Source of the DNA: Candidatus Thorarchaeota archaeon
GTDB lineage: Archaea; Asgardarchaeota; Thorarchaeia; Thorarchaeales; Thorarchaeaceae
Assembly (NCBI GenBank): GCA_029858305.1
Contig: JAOUFI010000064.1
Location: 1-12,624, forward strand
Length of the DNA stretch: 12,624 bases
Reading direction: 5' to 3'
A program made the translations under genes and the position numbers. Of this stretch, positions 7,527 to 12,624 are shown piece after piece. The stretch's first letter is position 1, and every line of letters starts with the position of its first letter. Under the pieces are notes generated by a model, which was not told where the DNA came from, did no database searches, and saw only the letters and a program-made list of their open reading frames with translations.

Positions 7527-7805
7527 TCATCTGCGGGTGTCCACCATAAGAAACTCTTGAAACAACTTCATTATTCGTAGAAGGTCGGTATGTATCTCTT
7601 CTTTCTCTTCGCCTCTTTGGCTTAGAAATTCCTGGAGTTGTGGGCTTTCAATCAAGGTCTCGAGGGCTGATTCTAGTTCTCTACTAAGATAGCGTATTGC
7701 ATACAATGTGGGAACAGGAATTCCACGTGAGGTGAATCCGTTAAGGAGAGTAATGGGAAGTGATTCTTCAGCGTCTTGTTTTTCTTGATGAAGATTCAAA
7801 TACAT
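7527..7805 (-). CDS. Small hypothetical helical protein
   Basis: The ORF track gives 7527..7880, but a GAGGTGA SD just upstream favours ATG 7805 or TTG 7799 (about 90 aa). The sequence is acidic and amphipathic and fills the gap between genes. No family recognised. Confidence 0.55.
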   Translation of the reverse strand: MYLNLHQEKQDAEESLPITLLNGFTSRGIPVPTLYAIRYLSRELESALETLIESPQLQEFLSQRGEEKEEIHTDLLRIMKLFQEFLMVDTRR

Positions 7806-7966
7806 CACCTCTAGGAAATAGGATGATTGCCTACAACTTTGACTATCTATTGTATACTCAGTAACCAAGATTATAATCACATATCAAAATCAAAGGGTGT
7901 GCAAGATGGAATTCAATAATTGAATCATCCTTAAAGAGTCTCATTGAGGCTGAGTGACCATTCAAT

Positions 7967-9607
7967 TTAATCGAGAGATGTGTTTGGCTTTTGTCTTAGA
8001 CCTATTGTACCTCGTCGTTTCAGTGTGACGATGAGGAGAACAATTAGAGTGATGCTCGAGAGTATGCCGATACTCAGATGTATGAAGAAGAGTGGAATCC
8101 CTCCTTCTGGGATAAGTCGTGGATAATGATCTATACTATCGCGGGATATTTGATAGGGGCCAATTCCATAGTAATCACTCCAACCATTGCCCTCACCTAC
8201 TCCATCATCCCATTCATTATAATAGTAGCATCCATCATATGCATTTGCTTGATCGTTCCAACCAATATCATTCCTGTAGATTCTATTCGCATAGCATCTT
8301 TCACCATATCCATCATATGCTGTACCTAGACAAATGCCATAATCATTGTAGGTAATGGAGTTCTGTACCACGAGACAATGACCACCGTAGATGTATAATC
8401 CAACACTGTTCTCTGAGATTGTATTTCCAATTGCTGTTGAATTGTTTGATAGAAAGAGCCCCACACCAGCATCGATAGCAAGGTATGGAAGCCTATTTCC
8501 ACGGATAGTGCAATTCACAATAGTACCATTGTTTGAGTAGATATGAGGGAGAATTCCATTCAGATTGTCTTCTAAGGTACAATTCTCAATCCGATAGAAT
8601 GGGCTTTGTGACAGAAATATTCCCTCCTCTAGACTATTATTCACTTGACAATCAACAATTCTGGTTCGAGGGGATCTTTCGATATACATTCCTTGCCAGC
8701 AGTCTGATATGATAGTTCCATCAACTGTGCAGTTGACGCATACTAGAAATTGCACCCCTGTCGTACAGGCTACAAGAGTTCCACCGCTAATTGTAATTTC
8801 AGTACAGTTACCGAGTATAATCTGACCATACAAATCCGCGTCAATTTGTGTTTCAGTAATATTATAGAACAGACCAATATCTTTGCCATTTACAGAATTG
8901 TTCTCCAAAACAGGAGGATTATTCGCTATTCGTGTGTCCCAGAACTCGATTCGAATCCCTGTGTTCTCAAAGATATTGTTTCTGAGTGTGGTATTTGCCA
9001 GATCAGGAGATATCGCTCCATATGTGAACTCGATGAAGGTATTATCAGAGATTATAGTGTCATTGCATGCATACATGGCTATACCTGTATGTCCATAGTT
9101 GAATTGGTTTTGCAGAATCTCACAGTGTGAGGATTCGTACATCCATATGGTTTCCCCAATATCATACAAATTGTATGAAAATGTGCTCCTGATAATATCA
9201 CAGTATGAGCTGTAGTCAATTGAAATTGAGCTGTTTACAAGTGTGCACTCATTGATTTTCCCATTCGATACGGAAACGAAAGTAATTTCTGCCAGCAGCA
9301 GCTGGCAATTTCTGATTTCAAAATAATAATCGATATCTAAAATTCGGATGTACAAATAATTTCCAATTGAACCCAGTGTTTTGTCCTCTAGGACAAAAGG
9401 ATTAGATTCAGAACCATTTCCAGACCAACCATTAGCTATGAAATCTTCTGCTGTATCAATCTCCATGTAATCATACGCACTTTGACTGAAATCCTCTCGG
9501 GATTCGCAAAAAGATGGAACATTCAAACCCATTGGTAAATACGAGAGAAACGAAGTAATTATGATGAACACTGTAAGACAAGCGACCATTATTAATTTCT
9601 GTTTCAA
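7967..9607 (-). CDS. Membrane-anchored right-handed parallel beta-helix (NosD/CASH-like) surface protein
   Basis: 546 aa. Signal peptide, 'GWSGNGSESNPFVLE', many I..N.I..N..GI repeats, 'NEWDDG..GNGWSDY...DHYP', then a C-terminal TM helix followed by KRR. TTG start. Confidence 0.85.
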   Translation of the reverse strand: MKQKLIMVACLTVFIIITSFLSYLPMGLNVPSFCESREDFSQSAYDYMEIDTAEDFIANGWSGNGSESNPFVLEDKTLGSIGNYLYIRILDIDYYFEIRNCQLLLAEITFVSVSNGKINECTLVNSSISIDYSSYCDIIRSTFSYNLYDIGETIWMYESSHCEILQNQFNYGHTGIAMYACNDTIISDNTFIEFTYGAISPDLANTTLRNNIFENTGIRIEFWDTRIANNPPVLENNSVNGKDIGLFYNITETQIDADLYGQIILGNCTEITISGGTLVACTTGVQFLVCVNCTVDGTIISDCWQGMYIERSPRTRIVDCQVNNSLEEGIFLSQSPFYRIENCTLEDNLNGILPHIYSNNGTIVNCTIRGNRLPYLAIDAGVGLFLSNNSTAIGNTISENSVGLYIYGGHCLVVQNSITYNDYGICLGTAYDGYGERCYANRIYRNDIGWNDQANAYDGCYYYNEWDDGVGEGNGWSDYYGIGPYQISRDSIDHYPRLIPEGGIPLFFIHLSIGILSSITLIVLLIVTLKRRGTIGLRQKPNTSLD

Positions 9608-9688
9608 CTAGCAGTCGACTCCAATAACCACATAATAGATACTTCTAAAAATTCGCTTAAATCCTCTCCTGGTTTTTTTTCCATCATG

Positions 9689-9696
9689 TTATATAC
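9689..9696 (+). promoter_or_regulatory. TATA box for a probably leaderless transcript of the TFB-like gene
   Basis: TTATATAC ends 21 nt before ATG 9718, the spacing expected for a leaderless archaeal mRNA. Confidence 0.5.
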
Positions 9697-9717
9697 TTAG
9701 TATGAGAGCCTTCGTCC

Positions 9718-10002
9718 ATGACAGAGTTCCAATTTGATATGATGAAGTCAGCACTTACAGAGCTGAACCTCCCCGAAGTAACTCATTTGGCTTGCCTGAC
9801 TATCTTGGACGATAAACGAACCAAAGATATCTTCACCGCCAAAAATACAAGAAATGTTATCGCAGGTGCAATCTACATTACTGCAATTCAAACAAACAAC
9901 CGTGTCACGCAACGTCAGATTGCCGATGTGGTAGGAGTTTCTAAATCTACAATTTACACATACTATGTGAGGATGGCTAAACTATTAGGGTTATACGGAT
10001 AG
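9718..10002 (+). CDS. Stand-alone TFB/TFIIB C-terminal cyclin-fold/HTH domain protein
   Basis: 94 aa. 'IAGAIYITA...NRVTQRQIADVVGVSKSTI...Y..MAK.LGL' matches the TFB second repeat (AAAALYIA...RRTQREVA.VAGVTEVTIRNRY). No Zn ribbon or first repeat. Confidence 0.8.
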   Translation: MTEFQFDMMKSALTELNLPEVTHLACLTILDDKRTKDIFTAKNTRNVIAGAIYITAIQTNNRVTQRQIADVVGVSKSTIYTYYVRMAKLLGLYG

Positions 10003-10112
10003 ACAATATAGTCTTCTTTCATCAAAGATTAGCTATGCGGCAATCGCTCTATCTGATGACGAGATTTATCTGTGGGAATCTCGTCAATGGTGAGAGAACG
10101 TGTGTGGCCCAA

Positions 10113-11087
10113 ATGATAAAGACCAAAGTAACCGAGATGCTTGGATGTAAATATCCGATTATATCCGGAACCATGGCTAGGATTTCCAATCCTGAATTTG
10201 TCGCGGCATCTAGCAATGCGGGTGCATGTGCGGTATTAGCAAGTGCAAACTACAAGTCTCCTGATGATCTTCGTGATGCAATTAGAAAGACTCAGTCTCT
10301 AACAAATCAACCATTTGCAGTCAATATCAATTTGTTTCCTGCTTTAATGCCTCAAGAAAAGCTAGAGGATTATGTGGATGCTACATTAGCCGAGGGCGTG
10401 AAAATCATTGAAACAAGTGGTCATAAGGCACCAGAGAACTTAGTTCCTAAATTCAAGAACAGTGGTGCTATTTGGATTCACAAATGTGCTGGAGTGAGAT
10501 ACGCAAAGAAAGGAGCATCCTTGGGTGCGGATATTGTAACGGTTGTCGGATATGAAAATGGTGGAGCTACCGGGACTCTAGATATAGGAACGATGGTAAT
10601 GATTCCATCCGTTGTTGATGCTCTAGATGTTCCTGTGATCGCCGGAGGTGGAATAACAGATGGCAGAGGTGTTGCCGCAGCCTTGGTACTGGGTGCTGAA
10701 GGAGTAATTATGGGTACAAGGATGATGGCTACAAAAGAATGTCCCATTCATGACAATCTCAAACAGGCTTTTATCAAGGCTGCAGAAACTGATACAGTTC
10801 TGGCCTTGCGTTCGGTTGGAAATACACACAGGATATGGAACAATAAGGCGGCGCAACATGTACTTGAGTTGGAGGCACAAAAATCACCCCTATTCATGCT
10901 CATTCAAGCCGCCTCTGGAGATAAGGCGCAAGAGATGTACAGAAATGGAGATATTGATCTCGGAGTGGTAGCATGTGGTCAAGGTGTAGGCTTGATTAAT
11001 GATATTCCCACTGTTAAGGAATTATTGGATAGAATAATGGTTGAGGCTGAAGAAAATATTTCACGACTTCATGGCAGATTCGAGTAG
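10113..11087 (+). CDS. Nitronate monooxygenase / FabK-like FMN-dependent oxidoreductase
   Basis: 'KTKVTEMLGCKYPII', 'PFAVNI', 'VPVIAGGGITDGRG', 'GAEGVIMGTR', 'GQGVGLINDIPTV'. The family N-terminus favours ATG 10113, or GTG 10104 with a GGTGA SD, over ATG 10035. Confidence 0.9.
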   Translation: MIKTKVTEMLGCKYPIISGTMARISNPEFVAASSNAGACAVLASANYKSPDDLRDAIRKTQSLTNQPFAVNINLFPALMPQEKLEDYVDATLAEGVKIIETSGHKAPENLVPKFKNSGAIWIHKCAGVRYAKKGASLGADIVTVVGYENGGATGTLDIGTMVMIPSVVDALDVPVIAGGGITDGRGVAAALVLGAEGVIMGTRMMATKECPIHDNLKQAFIKAAETDTVLALRSVGNTHRIWNNKAAQHVLELEAQKSPLFMLIQAASGDKAQEMYRNGDIDLGVVACGQGVGLINDIPTVKELLDRIMVEAEENISRLHGRFE

Positions 11088-11103
11088 AATAGAAAGAGAG
11101 CTG

Positions 11104-11125
11104 ATGGCGGGCCAGACGGGATTTG
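11104..11125 (-). repeat. tRNA 3'-end remnant, copy 1 (att-like)
   Basis: The minus strand reads CAAAT-CCCGT-CTGGCCC-G-CCA-T: T-loop 3' part, 5-nt T-stem strand, 7-nt acceptor strand, discriminator and CCA. A pyrimidine tract follows. Confidence 0.72.
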
Positions 11126-11137
11126 CAGATCAATTTC

Positions 11138-11611
11138 TCAAACAACTGTGGAGAGAAATGAGCCTACTATGTATGTTACGATAATAACAATAATTGCAAT
11201 TGCAAGGTGTTCAAAAACAACTCGTAGCACCTTTTCTTCCTGCGATTGAGCCAAAAGGGTGTTGAACACAATCATAATCAATAGACCCCAGATGATGTCT
11301 GCTATGACTGCAATATCGAGAGGCAGGAACCAGATTGGAATCACAAAGGTCAACGCAAATATGAATTTGGTCAGAAATGTGGTTAAAGTCGCTTCCCAGA
11401 TGTCCTTTTTTAAGTGAATGCCTTCAGATTCTTCTGAAACATGCATTGCAACTGAATCGGAGAACGCATCAGCTATAGCAATCGCAACAATGGCTGCTAT
11501 CACCGCTAGACGGGAGTTTGTGCTTGCATTTACACCAACAATCATTCCAAGTGTTGTGATAACCCCTGATGTCAAACCAAAACTAAGACCTTTCTTGATT
11601 GAGATGCTCAT
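11138..11611 (-). CDS. VIT1/CCC1-family membrane protein, short form
   Basis: 157 aa, about 5 TM. 'FGLTSGVITTLGMIVG', 'AIADAFSDSVAMHVSEESE'. Confidence 0.8.
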   Translation of the reverse strand: MSISIKKGLSFGLTSGVITTLGMIVGVNASTNSRLAVIAAIVAIAIADAFSDSVAMHVSEESEGIHLKKDIWEATLTTFLTKFIFALTFVIPIWFLPLDIAVIADIIWGLLIMIVFNTLLAQSQEEKVLRVVFEHLAIAIIVIIVTYIVGSFLSTVV

Positions 11612-11674
11612 GTGCTAGGAGCGAAAAAGCTAGCCTTTAGGTGTTTGGATGATTACTAAGTCGTTCGAAAGAAA

Positions 11675-11697
11675 ATGGCGGGCTATACGGGATTTGA
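11675..11697 (-). repeat. tRNA 3'-end remnant, copy 2 (att-like)
   Basis: The minus strand reads TCAAAT-CCCGT-ATAGCCC-G-CCA-T, 20/22 identical to copy 1 and followed by TTTCTTT. Confidence 0.68.
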
Positions 11698-11706
11698 TTC
11701 TTACAA

Positions 11707-12570
11707 CTAAAATGATTCAGGAACAAGTGAGCTTCTCTGCTCGCCTTGATATATCACTAAAATCAATAGGAGTAGTGCAATACCATATGTCAGGACCGTT
11801 TCTAATCCAGACCATGAGATGTTGAATAGAACTGGTAGAAAGTTGAGAACTGCATGACTTGAACCCACAAGATAGAGCGATTTGGTCTTATCATACAATA
11901 ATCCTATGAAACCAAACAATAGCAATCCTGAAAGAATTCCGATCGGTGTTAGGGCTTGAACTAATCCATGAAAGACTACAAAAATCGCCGTAATTAATAC
12001 AATTCCAAATATCCTGCCATATTCCTTGACAGCCTGAGTCTGCAAGTATCCTCGAAACACAATCTCCTGCCAAAAACTGTTCAGAATATAGAAAATAATG
12101 GAGGCAATTAGTGTGCTCCAGAATGGCCACAGGTCGAGATTGAGAAGCACCGGGAATTCTACTGTGTTGAGAAGTACTCCAAATACAACAGCTCCAAGAA
12201 AGAGGCCACATCCAATAACGAATCCAAGTACCACGAAGGGCAGAGTATTGCGCTGCAGATTCAAACCAATATCAATCAGATGGAATTCACGTTTCTCGAT
12301 ACGTGTAACTAAGACAACTACAAGTATGAATGTCAGGAGAATATCCAATGAACTCGCAATCGCTTGACCCTCGAATGATTCAGCTACAAAGATTTGAGCA
12401 TTTTGAAGAGCATCAGAAGATGGCACTCCTTGTAAGATGAAGATCTGTTGGACTACAAATATCAAAGCAATTCTACTAACGACGATTAATGCAAGAAGCA
12501 GTATGAGAGTTACCACAAGTTTCCAGAAAAAGCGGATTTCTCCTTTATCGGTTCTGAGTGCTCTTTCCAT
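11707..12570 (-). CDS. CPBP (CAAX protease/Abi, Rce1-like) family intramembrane glutamic endopeptidase
   Basis: 287 aa, multi-TM. Motif 1 'WQEIVFRGY', motif 2 'FVVFH', motif 3 'SHAVLN'. Confidence 0.85.
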   Translation of the reverse strand: MERALRTDKGEIRFFWKLVVTLILLLALIVVSRIALIFVVQQIFILQGVPSSDALQNAQIFVAESFEGQAIASSLDILLTFILVVVLVTRIEKREFHLIDIGLNLQRNTLPFVVLGFVIGCGLFLGAVVFGVLLNTVEFPVLLNLDLWPFWSTLIASIIFYILNSFWQEIVFRGYLQTQAVKEYGRIFGIVLITAIFVVFHGLVQALTPIGILSGLLLFGFIGLLYDKTKSLYLVGSSHAVLNFLPVLFNISWSGLETVLTYGIALLLLILVIYQGEQRSSLVPESF

Positions 12571-12601
12571 TTTGATTAGCCAAATATCCTAAGTTGTTAT
12601 G

Positions 12602-12609
12602 ATATAATA
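12602..12609 (-). promoter_or_regulatory. Candidate TATA box for the CPBP gene
   Basis: The minus strand reads TTATATAT, about 32 nt upstream of ATG 12570. Confidence 0.4.
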
Positions 12610-12624
12610 GTGAATTGAAATAAG

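Noticed and set aside
7905-7929. Inverted repeat ATTCAAT-A-ATTGAAT downstream of the beta-helix gene
   Set aside because: It is AT-rich and short, and I cannot distinguish terminator, operator or chance.
10035-10103. N-terminal extension of the flavoprotein ORF
   Set aside because: The family-typical N-terminus begins at MIKTK, and a GGTGA SD lies at 10089-10093.
11060-11200. Complete tRNA gene at either repeat
   Set aside because: Only the 3' 21-22 nt are tRNA-like. The region where the 5' part would be is coding sequence with no D or anticodon arm.
11104-11697. CRISPR array or IS terminal repeats
   Set aside because: There are only two direct copies 571 bp apart, with no cas or transposase gene.
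409-12367. Many short alternative-frame or antisense ORFs in the track (e.g. 409..627, 5226..5726, 8750..9130, 11891..12211)
   Set aside because: They lie within or largely overlap well-supported genes and show no recognisable motifs; they are shadow ORFs.

Overview
Archaeal genomic window with tightly packed genes, TTG starts, GGAGG/GGTGA SD motifs and TATA-like boxes. The gene content and the 'GWSGNGS..NPFVLE' beta-helix surface protein suggest an Asgard archaeon, possibly Thorarchaeia; this is an inference. From left to right it holds: a partial Trm5-like tRNA methyltransferase, a COG1665-type nucleotidyltransferase, a GT4 glycosyltransferase, a minus-strand four-gene run, a GNAT acetyltransferase, a small hypothetical, a membrane-anchored parallel beta-helix protein, a stand-alone TFB C-terminal cyclin/HTH protein, a FabK/nitronate monooxygenase flavoprotein, a VIT1/CCC1 protein and a CPBP protein. 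The four-gene run encodes an exported linalool dehydratase/isomerase (LinD)-like protein, an ECF-type S-component, a VTE5/FOLK-like prenol kinase and an isopentenyl phosphate kinase. Two observations stand out. (1) The LinD-like/ECF-S/prenol kinase/IPK cluster reads as a candidate terpene or isoprenoid-alcohol scavenging pathway feeding archaeal lipid synthesis. (2) Two 22-bp copies of a tRNA 3'-end each lie just after a single gene, suggesting single-gene cassettes accreted at a tRNA. All homology calls come from motif recognition, not database searches.
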